This document shows positions 8,292 to 17,825 of a stretch of 64,000 nucleotides of DNA, piece after piece. The stretch comes from an uncultured Gammaproteobacteria bacterium (GTDB lineage: Bacteria > Patescibacteriota > Microgenomatia > Levybacterales > UBA12049), in the NCBI GenBank assembly GCA_964391315.1, contig CAYMJR010000005.1, positions 1,890-65,889 on the forward strand, written 5' to 3'. The notes beneath the pieces were generated by a model. It was not told where the DNA came from and ran no database searches. It saw nothing but the letters and a program-made list of their open reading frames with translations. Within the stretch, counting starts at the first letter, position 1. The number at the start of each line of letters is the position of its first letter. Both the position numbers and the translations under genes were made by a program.

Positions 8292-9008
8292 TTATTTTCC
8301 TGTTCCTGGAGGAATCATCCGATATGAGTCGCTAAATCGTAATCGAACCGCATGTGATCCAATTTGCCAACTGGCTTTGAGGATATTAATTTTTTCTTTT
8401 CCATACAGGCGTTTTTCAAACAAAATATCAACAGCCGAAACCTTATATCCTAAGTCTACATTTTTCCGAAGTAATTCCATATCGAACGTCCATGGTGAAA
8501 GAGATGATGTTAATCCGACAAGACATTCCTTTTTAAAAAGTTTGAGACCTGATTGTACATCAAAATCAAATCCGTGAAGTACCTTTGCAAAAAGATACAT
8601 GAATCCCCTACTGAAAATTTTTCTTGTAAGTGATGTATTGGCAACTTTTCTATTTGTAACAACAATATCGGCACCTTTTTTTATCTTGGCAAGCATTTTA
8701 GGAATTGCTTCAGGAGGATATTGCAAATCTGCATCAATCATGCAAAGTAGTCCATATTTTGCATGACCGAATCCTTCAAAAAGTGATTGTGTTTTCCCTT
8801 TTTTTCCTTTTTTGAGATGGAGGCTTATTGGGAATTTACTCCTCAAACTTCGAATAATAGTTCTCGTTTTATCTGTTGAGTGATCATCAATAAAAATTAT
8901 TTGATAAATAATTTTTTTTGGAGAAAGTGCACTATGTATCCTTTTTACGAGAGGACGAATACTGTTTTCTTCATTGAGTGTTGGTACTATAATTGAAAGT
9001 GAATGCAT
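8292..9008 (-). CDS. GT2 glycosyltransferase, polyprenyl-phosphate sugar synthase-like (DPM1/GtrB/CsbB type)
   Basis: 238 aa. SIIVPTLNEENSI, IIFIDDHSTDKT and MIDADLQYPPEAIP (DxD region). Short soluble GT-A without TM helices. Last gene of the minus-strand operon 15358-8292. Confidence 0.65.
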   Translation of the reverse strand: MHSLSIIVPTLNEENSIRPLVKRIHSALSPKKIIYQIIFIDDHSTDKTRTIIRSLRSKFPISLHLKKGKKGKTQSLFEGFGHAKYGLLCMIDADLQYPPEAIPKMLAKIKKGADIVVTNRKVANTSLTRKIFSRGFMYLFAKVLHGFDFDVQSGLKLFKKECLVGLTSSLSPWTFDMELLRKNVDLGYKVSAVDILFEKRLYGKEKINILKASWQIGSHAVRLRFSDSYRMIPPGTGK

Positions 9009-9071
9009 AGTATAAAGATTATAGAGTGATAAGTATATCCCACTTCAAATGTGTTTTTTATCAAAAGTTTG

Positions 9072-11009
9072 TTAGAGATTTGTATTATGATATAGCGTAT
9101 ACAGAAAAAGCGAGTGCGGTGTATTTGTCTCAGGTTTGTTTACTTGATCTTTAAGTTTAAGTGCTTTTTCCGGTTGATAGAAAGAAGTAAACAAAACAAA
9201 CAGATCTCCCCAGTCATCACTGATGTCTCCTCCATGTTGAGAGAAATCATTCTCGAAATTTGTAAAATTTCCAAGTGTTCCAAGATAGGAAAACGATCCA
9301 GGTGTTATGGGAAGAATTTGAATGCCATATTTCATATTAGTTTTTCCGCTAAACCAGGTCGAAAAATCGATTTTTCCTCCCCAGATAATTGATCCGATTG
9401 CATGATTGTATGACTGGGTATACTCGCCATTTTTTCCAAACCAATAATATCGTGTTCCCTGAATTTCTGTGTTATATAAATACAGTGCTGTTTTTTCCAA
9501 TTGTTTATTATTTGCCACCTTTGCCCAGAGATATATCCCATACCATGCATTAATCGCTTCAGAAGATGACTCTTGATCGTTTCCATCGCCAAAATTTGCA
9601 AATCCGTCAGCATAGGAATGTCCTTCATAGATATTAAAGTTTCTTAGAAATGGAAACATGCTGCTCTTTCGATCAATGTATGCAATATCTTCAATGAGTA
9701 GATTAATTTTATTTTCAACAACGTTTTTGTAGGATGGATCCACACTTACGAGAATAGCAGCAGTTCGGATATAGTAGCCATAGTGGAAGTGATGATCATT
9801 CAATTTTTCATTACCAAATTCAGGTTGGTCTGCAATAACACTTTGTAGATTTTTTTGATAAGTAAAATAAGTAAGGCTTTGTGAAAACCGGGGTTTGAGA
9901 TATGCAAGTAATTCTTGCTTTTCTTTTTGCAGACTAGCGGCATCAAGAAGAAGTAAAACATTTGCTGCTTTTCCATACCATGTTCCTAAGAAGTAATCAC
10001 CTTTTGTCGGTTGATTGTCAGTCAGAAGTTTTTGTTGATCTTGTTTTACAGCAGTAATAAAATCAGGATGGTTTTGTTTTAAAGAAGTAAATCTCTGTTC
10101 AGGAACAATAAGAGGAAGTTGGGTCGTAAATGATGGTATGTTGACTAGACGCAGTGCACCTCTGATTGTTTGATAATTTCCAAGGACTTTCGGTCTTTTA
10201 GTCAGCGAATCATATTGATGCGGAAAAAGAGTAATAAGAGGGTTTGTATTATTTCCAATAAATTGATAGGTAGTAATTAATTGATTATTTTTTATGTCCC
10301 AATTGACACGAGTATTTGTTATTTCGGAATTTGCATGATTTTTAAAAAGAGCGAAATTATAAGGAGATGTTAACAGACCGATAAAGATTCGGTTTGTAGG
10401 GATCTGTATTTCATTTGATGAAAGAGTGATTAATTGCTTTTGGGAAAGAACAACAATATAGTTGTGATTATTGATAAGTAACCGAAACGTATCTGTCGTA
10501 CTATGTGTATCATTTATTTGTGTTGTCCCTTGATTGTAAAAGACATAGGGATGTTGTAATCGAATAATCAGTTGCTTGTTATTTGTATGAATAACTGTCC
10601 ATGGTGCACCTTGCACGAGAGTAAAACGAAGAAATGTATTATAATTATTCATAACGAGCCCCACACTCCAATCCCCTTTTGTTTCAATCTGAGGTTTTGT
10701 TACTGCGCTGGGTAATCCTACAGCAAGATCTTCATCATAACTTCCGAAAATCGTATCTGATGATTTTACGACTGTAGGATATGACATACCAAGTCCATTT
10801 GCGCTCAAGCGATACGCAAGAGGAAACGCAAATATCGGTTGCGTAGGAAATGTTGTGTAGATATTGCTGTACCACTGATTCGATGCAATAGGAGTTGGTG
10901 ACGATGAGCTGTGTTGATCATTCGCACCATCTACAGTATGCACGAAAAAATACACAACACCTAAAAGAATTAAGCAAATGATTGATAAAAGCAACAAATA
11001 ATGTTTCAC
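9072..11009 (-). CDS. GH81-like endo-beta-1,3-glucanase, N-terminally membrane-anchored
   Basis: 645 aa with signal anchor MKHYLLLLSIICLILLGVVYFF. Carries the family-81 hallmarks NDHHFHYGYYIRTAA and QESSSEAINAW (ExxxE catalytic pair spacing). Confidence 0.65.
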   Translation of the reverse strand: MKHYLLLLSIICLILLGVVYFFVHTVDGANDQHSSSSPTPIASNQWYSNIYTTFPTQPIFAFPLAYRLSANGLGMSYPTVVKSSDTIFGSYDEDLAVGLPSAVTKPQIETKGDWSVGLVMNNYNTFLRFTLVQGAPWTVIHTNNKQLIIRLQHPYVFYNQGTTQINDTHSTTDTFRLLINNHNYIVVLSQKQLITLSSNEIQIPTNRIFIGLLTSPYNFALFKNHANSEITNTRVNWDIKNNQLITTYQFIGNNTNPLITLFPHQYDSLTKRPKVLGNYQTIRGALRLVNIPSFTTQLPLIVPEQRFTSLKQNHPDFITAVKQDQQKLLTDNQPTKGDYFLGTWYGKAANVLLLLDAASLQKEKQELLAYLKPRFSQSLTYFTYQKNLQSVIADQPEFGNEKLNDHHFHYGYYIRTAAILVSVDPSYKNVVENKINLLIEDIAYIDRKSSMFPFLRNFNIYEGHSYADGFANFGDGNDQESSSEAINAWYGIYLWAKVANNKQLEKTALYLYNTEIQGTRYYWFGKNGEYTQSYNHAIGSIIWGGKIDFSTWFSGKTNMKYGIQILPITPGSFSYLGTLGNFTNFENDFSQHGGDISDDWGDLFVLFTSFYQPEKALKLKDQVNKPETNTPHSLFLYTLYHNTNL

Positions 11010-11026
11010 GTTTTAAAGATTTTTAG

Positions 11027-11797
11027 TTACTGTTTTGCGAGAAGTCCATTCCAGAAATCTGTAAAGACAGCAATCGGCTTGTCGGTTTGGTCAGCGTCAT
11101 TCAAGCTGATTTGTAAATCCTCATTATTTAACAATGCAGCTGCTTGATCATTATTTTTGAAAGTAAAATACATACCAATCTTTTTCTCTGCAACAGTTGT
11201 CGGCGTATTCTCATTTTCCATAAGAAGACCAGGAACAATAACAAAATTTTGATTAAGTCGTGAACTGTATGCATTGATAGCAGATAGTTTTTGTATTGCT
11301 TGATATTGTGCTGCTGTTAATTCCGCCTGCAATCTTATGTCAGAAGATGAATAAATAGTCATCACTTTTGAAAATTCATCTATTGATGATCCTTCTGATG
11401 CATAGACATCGCCAACAACTCCATCAACAGGAGCTTTGATTGTGAGACTATCAAGACTTATTTTTGCAATACTTGCTTGTTGCTGTGCTGATTGATTAGT
11501 ATACGCACTTTCCTTATAAATTTTATAGTTGTTTTCAAGGATTGGATTGGACATCTTAACCAAAATGTCACCTTTTTTTACTATTTGTCCGTTTTTAACA
11601 TTTATGTGATCGATAATACCGCGAGTAAGTGTCAAAATAGTCACCTTTTGCTTTACAACAGAACCGCCAAGATTATTAATAAACATTTTTGATTCATTTA
11701 CTTTCCTTGTTAAAGCAATTGTCGAAATTGCTAATGCAAGAGCAATGACAAAAACAAAATAAAAAAGATTAATAAAAAAGATAAAAACATTTCTCAT
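11027..11797 (-). CDS. HlyD-like membrane-fusion/adaptor protein
   Basis: 256 aa with an N-terminal TM. Biotinyl-lipoyl-like hairpin halves GIIDHINVKNGQIVKKGDILVKM and IKAPVDGVVGDVYASEGS. Its start lies 1 nt after the stop of the upstream synthase gene. Confidence 0.6.
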   Translation of the reverse strand: MRNVFIFFINLFYFVFVIALALAISTIALTRKVNESKMFINNLGGSVVKQKVTILTLTRGIIDHINVKNGQIVKKGDILVKMSNPILENNYKIYKESAYTNQSAQQQASIAKISLDSLTIKAPVDGVVGDVYASEGSSIDEFSKVMTIYSSSDIRLQAELTAAQYQAIQKLSAINAYSSRLNQNFVIVPGLLMENENTPTTVAEKKIGMYFTFKNNDQAAALLNNEDLQISLNDADQTDKPIAVFTDFWNGLLAKQ

Positions 11798-11798
11798 A

Positions 11799-13283
11799 TT
11801 ATTTTGCTAATTCACCTCCGTTCTTAATGAATAAAAATAAAAATCCTGCATTAACGAGTACCCAAATAGTTGTGGCAATTGTTGTATAGACATCAAATTC
11901 GTTATACCAACCAACAGGTATTGCGAAAAGAGAAAGTGCAATGATAAAAACATGCGGCCAAACATCATTTGCAATAAATGCAAGTTGTGTATTTTTTGAT
12001 TCTGTGGCAACCCAATTATAATTATTATGTGTAATCACAGCAAAGAAGGCATTAAGATATGGAGCAAAGCTTGCAAGTGATGTACTGATTGTCGAGAGTC
12101 TGAGATTTCCCAATAAGAAAAATGGTAAAAAATACACGGTAATAAAAAATGGAATATAGTGAATTAGCCAGTCATGACTTTGTTTTACATTAAGAGGAAG
12201 AGTGCCAAATAATAAATAGACAAGTGGAAGGAAAATGTAAATAAGTATTGCAAATCCGCTGAAATAATGAATGTTGGAAAAAAAGTACTGCAATTTTTGG
12301 TCAATGGTGAGATTTTTTAAGAAAAGTGGATTATGGGTAAAAAAGAGTGAGAATCCTCCCATCGCCCATCGATTTTGTTGTCTAAAAAATGTAGCGATTG
12401 TTTCAGGTGCACGGCCCTCGGCAAGAATGTTATTATAGAAAATTGATTCATATCCTTTCTCATGAAGCAAAATTGTTGTCCAAATATCTTCAGAATGAGT
12501 ATATCGTGCAATGCCGCCAATCGCATCAATTGCAGATCTTCTATAAATCATATTAGTTCCTACACAAAATGAAGAATTGTAACTGTTTTTTGCTGGTTGA
12601 ATATATTTATAAAATAGTTCCTGAGCTTGTGCTGTTCCTGATGCGATGAAGTTATTATTATTTATAAAATGTTGCGGCGTCTGAACGAGTGCGATGGTAT
12701 TATTTTGAAAAAATGGAAGAAGTTCTGTGAGGAAATGTTTTTTCGGTGCGTGATCGGCGTCAAACACAGCAAAAAATTCTCCATTAGATTGCGAAAGACC
12801 GTAATTTAAATTGCCAGATTTTGCAAACTGTTTTTCTTTTCTTTGAAGATAAATAGCATTAATTTTTTGTGCTAATTCCCGCAGCTTTTCGGAATCCCCA
12901 TCATCAAGAATATAGATTTTCTTGTTTTCATAATCCATTTCAAAAGCTTTCATTATTGTCGCTGAGACAATATCAAATGGTTCATTGGCTGTTGGGATAA
13001 GAATATCAACAGTCGGGTTGTATTCTTTCAACCACTGTTCACGATAGCTTAATTCCCGTTTGTGATATTCGGGTTGCAAAAGATCCAATAAAATCGTCAA
13101 CCATAATGATCCGACAACAAAAATAGCGATGATATCCGCAAAAACAAGTAATGGATAAAGATAGACATTACCTATATGTGCAGGGTTAAACACATACGAT
13201 GCATAATACACGATTGCAAGAGGTGCTAAGAGAACAAAAAGTAATGCAGTATTTGGTATTGGTTTTATTTTAGTAATTTTCAT
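11799..13283 (-). CDS. Processive GT2 beta-glucan synthase-like enzyme (BcsA/CrdS-like core, no PilZ domain)
   Basis: 494 aa. TM helices flank a GT-A domain with ILDDGD, FDADH, HSEDIWTTILLHEKGY (TED-like motif) and RQQNRWAMGG (QxxRW). The C-terminal multi-TM channel-like region ends without a PilZ module. Confidence 0.7.
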   Translation of the reverse strand: MKITKIKPIPNTALLFVLLAPLAIVYYASYVFNPAHIGNVYLYPLLVFADIIAIFVVGSLWLTILLDLLQPEYHKRELSYREQWLKEYNPTVDILIPTANEPFDIVSATIMKAFEMDYENKKIYILDDGDSEKLRELAQKINAIYLQRKEKQFAKSGNLNYGLSQSNGEFFAVFDADHAPKKHFLTELLPFFQNNTIALVQTPQHFINNNNFIASGTAQAQELFYKYIQPAKNSYNSSFCVGTNMIYRRSAIDAIGGIARYTHSEDIWTTILLHEKGYESIFYNNILAEGRAPETIATFFRQQNRWAMGGFSLFFTHNPLFLKNLTIDQKLQYFFSNIHYFSGFAILIYIFLPLVYLLFGTLPLNVKQSHDWLIHYIPFFITVYFLPFFLLGNLRLSTISTSLASFAPYLNAFFAVITHNNYNWVATESKNTQLAFIANDVWPHVFIIALSLFAIPVGWYNEFDVYTTIATTIWVLVNAGFLFLFIKNGGELAK

Positions 13284-15358
13284 CTATGTATAAAATGTTT
13301 TAAAAACTTACGCTGAACTTGCAATGCCATCTGGAAGGATGGTTTCAAAACACCACGAGGGCGCTTTACAAGTTCGAGATGACGAAAAACAATTTCTTTT
13401 TTGTTTAAGATAAATGGACCAAAGCCTATGACTAGTGGTACTGTGATAACAATAAAAAGAAGAAGATAATAATAGAGAGGCCAGGTATGGTACAGAATGA
13501 GCTTTCCACCGTCATTTTGATTGGCAAGTGTAACAAGCATAAAATTTGGTCCTACTGATGTAATTGATTGTTTTTCTCCCTTAAAATACGCTTGCCATTC
13601 TTGATCAAAGCTTTCATTGATGAGAACAAAAGAGCTTGTTCTTTTAGTAGGAATTGAAAGAGCAAGAGATTCTTCTGTCGGGTACGTGACAAACAATGGA
13701 TTGTTTGATGGATCATAGACCATCGTTGAAAATTCCTTGACCTTATTATCAAGAGCTACCTGATCGGGAACCAGATCAAATTGCATGTTTGTTGGAAATG
13801 TTATCAGGTCGTCTCTATATTTGTTTGAAACAAGCACTGCATTCCGAGCGGTCCAAGGGGTTTCAAATGCTTCATAAATACCACTTGGTGTCACAACTTG
13901 TCCGAGATGCTTATAGCCAGATTTTTTATCAAGTAACGCTTGTACAAAAGAAGAATCTTCATCGAAAAAGACATATTGTATTCCTGCTAACATAAAATAA
14001 TTATCAATTCTTGAGATATCAGATGATGGAATTTGATTTAAAAAAGGTTGATAAGTTATTAACTGATTAAGCCGTTCAGGCAAATGGTTTGATTCAAGTT
14101 GTGCCATGTAGGAAGTTGGAAAATGAAGAGAATATGTTGCTCCATAATAGCTTGAGAGATCAATTGTAGGTGTCCAAATCCTGCCTTCAGTATTGTCAAT
14201 TTTTTTCTGCTGCATAAAGCTGGTTACTGGATCACTTATATTTTTATGTACACTAGGGGAATAGTTACTTGTTATCCATGTTCCTTCCACAAATGTTATG
14301 GTAACTGCAGTAACAAGAAGTCCACGGAAAAAAAGAGAATTTGTTTTTTGCACCTGTTCAACAAACGGTAAAGCAGCAAAGATGATGCAAATACCAAGTA
14401 ACCCAACTCCTCGTGTATATTGAAATTGGTTAATAAAGTTCGGCAACGATACATGCGTACCGATATAAATAAGTGAGAAATATGCAAAGACATACAGGGT
14501 GAGTATTTTGCCCCATCGGTAAACAGAAGAAATTGGAAAGAACTGCTGTACGAATCCAATAAAGAAATAAATCAGTAAAATAAAACTTAATCCATAATAA
14601 GGAAAAGGGGCAAGTGCTAATTGCAGGAATTCTTTCGTTGCGATGTAGACAGTTGAGTTGGTATAAGAATCTTTAAATGCAACCGGAACCCAGAAAAAAG
14701 AAGATGCTGCAAGAAAAACCAAACATTGTAAAAGTGTTCGAAGTGAGAAAAGTTGTGAATCTTCAATAAGTTTGGCAACGCCCCAGAGCGAAATACTTAT
14801 TAATCCGAAGACTGGGTGAATATAAAACATCAGCCCTGCAATATATGGATAGATCCATTGGAATTTGCCTTCCAAATATTTCACCCAGAGCAAAAGAATA
14901 ATTGGAAAAAATGAAAAAGAAAAAAGAAGCGTATAATCTCCTACCGCTTTCCAAAAATATGCGATAGAAAATGTTGCAAGGGCTGCAACAAGTGCCGTAA
15001 ACGGAGAGAATTTCAACAGTCGTGCAACAATATAGGTAATAATCCGTAGGAAAATAAATTGTGCAATTACCATGACAATCATTGCCCGGGTTATTTCCAA
15101 GCGAAAGATATCTGCAACGGCGAGCGTTATTAGATGAGGTACTATTTGGTATGATTTCCAGAGGTTAATCCCATTGGACCAGGTATGTGTCCATGAGGTA
15201 ATTCCATGTAACTGAATTTCTCTGATACGAAAAGCTTGCACCATCCAGTCTGGATACGTGACATTGATATTTTCTGCTGGCAGATAAAATGAAATAAGAA
15301 AAACAGAGAGTCCAATAATAAGAGAGATAAAAACGAGATCCAATAAAATTATTTTCAT
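13280..15358 (-). CDS. Large polytopic membrane protein with extracytoplasmic C-terminal domain and terminal TM (GT-C/YfhO-like topology)
   Basis: 692 aa. About 12 hydrophobic helices in the first 370 aa, a ~270-aa soluble region, and a last helix YYYLLLFIVITVPLVIGFGPFIL. Its 4-nt overlap with the synthase gene suggests translational coupling. Family assignment rests on topology only. Confidence 0.4.
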   Translation of the reverse strand: MKIILLDLVFISLIIGLSVFLISFYLPAENINVTYPDWMVQAFRIREIQLHGITSWTHTWSNGINLWKSYQIVPHLITLAVADIFRLEITRAMIVMVIAQFIFLRIITYIVARLLKFSPFTALVAALATFSIAYFWKAVGDYTLLFSFSFFPIILLLWVKYLEGKFQWIYPYIAGLMFYIHPVFGLISISLWGVAKLIEDSQLFSLRTLLQCLVFLAASSFFWVPVAFKDSYTNSTVYIATKEFLQLALAPFPYYGLSFILLIYFFIGFVQQFFPISSVYRWGKILTLYVFAYFSLIYIGTHVSLPNFINQFQYTRGVGLLGICIIFAALPFVEQVQKTNSLFFRGLLVTAVTITFVEGTWITSNYSPSVHKNISDPVTSFMQQKKIDNTEGRIWTPTIDLSSYYGATYSLHFPTSYMAQLESNHLPERLNQLITYQPFLNQIPSSDISRIDNYFMLAGIQYVFFDEDSSFVQALLDKKSGYKHLGQVVTPSGIYEAFETPWTARNAVLVSNKYRDDLITFPTNMQFDLVPDQVALDNKVKEFSTMVYDPSNNPLFVTYPTEESLALSIPTKRTSSFVLINESFDQEWQAYFKGEKQSITSVGPNFMLVTLANQNDGGKLILYHTWPLYYYLLLFIVITVPLVIGFGPFILNKKEIVFRHLELVKRPRGVLKPSFQMALQVQRKFLKHFIHR

Positions 15359-15442
15359 TTAGTTTTATTTATAGAGCTTGGACTCTATAATAAAACTTTT
15401 TTGTAGTACAACTGCAATAGAATTGTTAAGATATGGTAATAC

Positions 15443-16048
15443 TTATCTGGAGAAAGGTAGTGCGATAATAACAAATCTTTGTAAATCGGCAAAGCCATCA
15501 CAGGTGTAAAGAATAAGTGTCTCACCTTTTTGCTGTGTAAAGATATCCATTTTATTGGGAGCAACGGTCATCGTTTGACGGATAATATAGTTGTATGTCT
15601 TATGATCGGCAGTGTTGATTTCAATAGTATCCCCTTTTGAAAGCCAGCGGATTGGGCCTAGTCTGTCATTAGTATTGTGACCATACATAATAATTGGCCC
15701 ATTTTCTCCAGGTCTCGCTGAGACAGTTAGATGGGATACACCATTTTCAGCAATTTGCCAGACACCATTATTGATAGCTGTTTCTTCTAGTGGTAAATCA
15801 ATTCTGACTTTTTTGATAATGAGTTCCGTTGGGATTGCATGGATTTTCTTGACCGGTATGACATGTGGAGTAAAGAATGCAAGTTGGATTGTTTGATTCA
15901 AATGCCAAAAAAGTGAAATAAACAGAAATAATAATCCAAAAATAAAGAGTGCTTTTGTACGAAAGGTTAGATTGGTAAACTTTTTTAAGAATGAGCTTAA
16001 AATATTTTCCTTTTTTGCAGGTTTAGATAACTTTCTTTTCTTTGGCAT
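15443..16048 (-). CDS. Sortase-family transpeptidase
   Basis: 201 aa with an N-terminal anchor. Catalytic His in IIMYGHN, Cys in TLILYTCDG (TLxTC) and Arg in LQRFVIIA. Confidence 0.8.
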   Translation of the reverse strand: MPKKRKLSKPAKKENILSSFLKKFTNLTFRTKALFIFGLLFLFISLFWHLNQTIQLAFFTPHVIPVKKIHAIPTELIIKKVRIDLPLEETAINNGVWQIAENGVSHLTVSARPGENGPIIMYGHNTNDRLGPIRWLSKGDTIEINTADHKTYNYIIRQTMTVAPNKMDIFTQQKGETLILYTCDGFADLQRFVIIALPFSR

Positions 16049-16544
16049 ATGAGATGTACCCTGCCAGTATCAACATCATACCAAATATTATGAAGAGTTT
16101 CATGAGATTTCGTATATAGTTGCCTGCGGGAGCCATCGTTGACGCACTAAGCACTTGACCTGGCGGAGTAGTTTGATTGGATGACTGTGCATTTTGTGTT
16201 GCAGCTGTGCTATTACTATTACTATTACTATTACTATTACTGTTTGGTTGAGGAGTTGCAGAGGCTGCCGGAACTAAGGTGAGAATAGAAGCTACCGATG
16301 AGGTGGGTGTTGGTGTTTGATTAAGGATAGAAATTATTTCAGTTGGTGTTGGGGTACAGGTGGGATTTTCTGAGGGTGTGGGGGTGGGTGTGGGAGTACA
16401 GCTAAGGCTTGGAGTTTGTGTTAGCGTTGGTGTCGTATCTTCTCCTTCTGAGGCGAAAGCAACGGAGTGAGCAATGCATACCATGAAGATGATTGCAAAG
16501 AGTTGTATCACAATTGTAGATAACCGTTTTATGTCTTGTAGCAT
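16023..16544 (-). CDS. Thr/Pro-rich surface protein with C-terminal sorting-signal-like tail
   Basis: 173 aa with a signal peptide ending VAFA. Contains TPTPTPTPS tracts and an NSNSNSNSNSNS run. The tail is GQVLSASTMAPAGNYIRNLMKLFIIFGMMLILAGYISYAKEKKVI (motif, TM, basic end). Overlaps the sortase gene start by 26 nt. Confidence 0.7.
   Translation of the reverse strand: MLQDIKRLSTIVIQLFAIIFMVCIAHSVAFASEGEDTTPTLTQTPSLSCTPTPTPTPSENPTCTPTPTEIISILNQTPTPTSSVASILTLVPAASATPQPNSNSNSNSNSNSTAATQNAQSSNQTTPPGQVLSASTMAPAGNYIRNLMKLFIIFGMMLILAGYISYAKEKKVI
16212..16241 (-). repeat. (AGTAAT)5 hexanucleotide microsatellite encoding (Ser-Asn)n
   Basis: attact x5 on the plus strand, in frame within the surface-protein gene. 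Confidence 0.9.
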
Positions 16545-16641
16545 GTCTAGCAGTTTTAGACAGTGTAGGATGTTTTATAGCCATAAGTCAAGCTCAGCGC
16601 TATTGTAGGTAAAAATGGAGTTTTACAGTGGGATATGCAGC

Positions 16642-17733
16642 CTATATAGATGAGATTTGTCTTTTTTCTTTTGTAAATGACACGTATCCTGCAAGGAGCA
16701 AGACCATACCAAGAATTGTGTAGATTTTCATAAGTGTCGTTGAGAAGGTCCCTGTTGCTGCCATAGTTGATGCACCAAGAACTTGTGTTTCTGATTTATT
16801 AATAGTTGCGATTTCTCCCCCACCACATCCGATGCGTTGTCGTACTCCAAAGGTATAGTCAAGGTTTGGATTAAGACTGCCAATTTTGGTAGAGACAAAT
16901 TTATCTGCGTTTGGCTTAAGCCCTGTTACTGAATATTGCCAATCGGAAGCATTTCTCTGTTTGTAGAAAATATCTGCTGTGTCACCGTCAGTAATAAAGA
17001 AACTGATTGTTGCTTTATCTGCATTTCTCGCAATTTGTATATTTGCAGGAACGTTTGTTGTATTACGGTCTGAGCAAACAGGAGCTTTTGCTGTTGATGA
17101 TTGTGTCTCACCAGGTGTTGGTGTCTGTGCAAAAGGAGGTATATTACTTCCTGTTTTATATCTGTTAACAATCACGAGCATTCTTGTTGGTCTGTCAGCA
17201 TTCAAAATAATGTGGCCATCAGCATTCATATTGCGTGCACCATCATTTGATGGATCTCCATCGAAAAGGCGGTTGTCATAGGAATATAGACTAACAACGT
17301 TAGTTACTGGTCCAGTGTATTGATCGGAATAAAAAGGAGCATCCCATCCTGTTCCTGGATTTGACTCTTCAGCATAATAATAGCTTCCAAGTGGTAAATT
17401 ATCATATGTAACGCAATCAGCATCATTTCCAGGGATCCCTCCAAGTATGTCTGTATTGTAGGTAAGAGGTGTTGTAAAGGTAGTTGTTGGTAAAACACCG
17501 GCTGGTATACCTTGTGAGGTTACAGGATTTGGTGTGAATCCACTTATAGAAAATGTAGCTCCAGGTCTATCTGAACCTGTGACAACATTATTATTTTCGT
17601 CAACAACAATTTTACAAACACTAATAGCTCCTGTTTGTCCGGAGCTTGCTAAAGTAGATTTTGCAGGCATGAGAAAAACGGATACAAAAGATACCAGCAA
17701 TGTTACGAAAAAAGTAAAAAACTTAAATTTCAT
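16642..17733 (-). CDS. Surface protein (Ig-like/Cna-B-like N-domain, Fn3-like C-domain) with C-terminal sorting-signal-like tail
   Basis: 363 aa. Signal peptide MKFKFFTFFVTLLVSFVSVFLMPAKSTLA. ISVCKIVVDENNNVVTGSD is typical of prealbumin-like surface folds. The tail is TQVLGASTMAATGTFSTTLMKIYTILGMVLLLAGYVSFTKEKRQ. Confidence 0.7.
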   Translation of the reverse strand: MKFKFFTFFVTLLVSFVSVFLMPAKSTLASSGQTGAISVCKIVVDENNNVVTGSDRPGATFSISGFTPNPVTSQGIPAGVLPTTTFTTPLTYNTDILGGIPGNDADCVTYDNLPLGSYYYAEESNPGTGWDAPFYSDQYTGPVTNVVSLYSYDNRLFDGDPSNDGARNMNADGHIILNADRPTRMLVIVNRYKTGSNIPPFAQTPTPGETQSSTAKAPVCSDRNTTNVPANIQIARNADKATISFFITDGDTADIFYKQRNASDWQYSVTGLKPNADKFVSTKIGSLNPNLDYTFGVRQRIGCGGGEIATINKSETQVLGASTMAATGTFSTTLMKIYTILGMVLLLAGYVSFTKEKRQISSI

Positions 17734-17749
17734 ACCTAATATAACTCAT

Positions 17750-17778
17750 AGTATATCATATTAATATAAAAAATGCAA
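17750..17778 (-). promoter_or_regulatory. Sigma-70-type promoter (TTGCAT-N17-TATACT with TGn) for the 363-aa surface protein gene
   Basis: Minus-strand reading: ttgcat (17778-17773), 17-nt spacer ending in tga, tatact (17755-17750). The ATG at 17733 follows an aggt SD-like element. Confidence 0.5.
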
Positions 17779-17825
17779 TATGTGACTATATATAGTAAAT
17801 TAAAAGAGGATTTATTTAGAAATTG

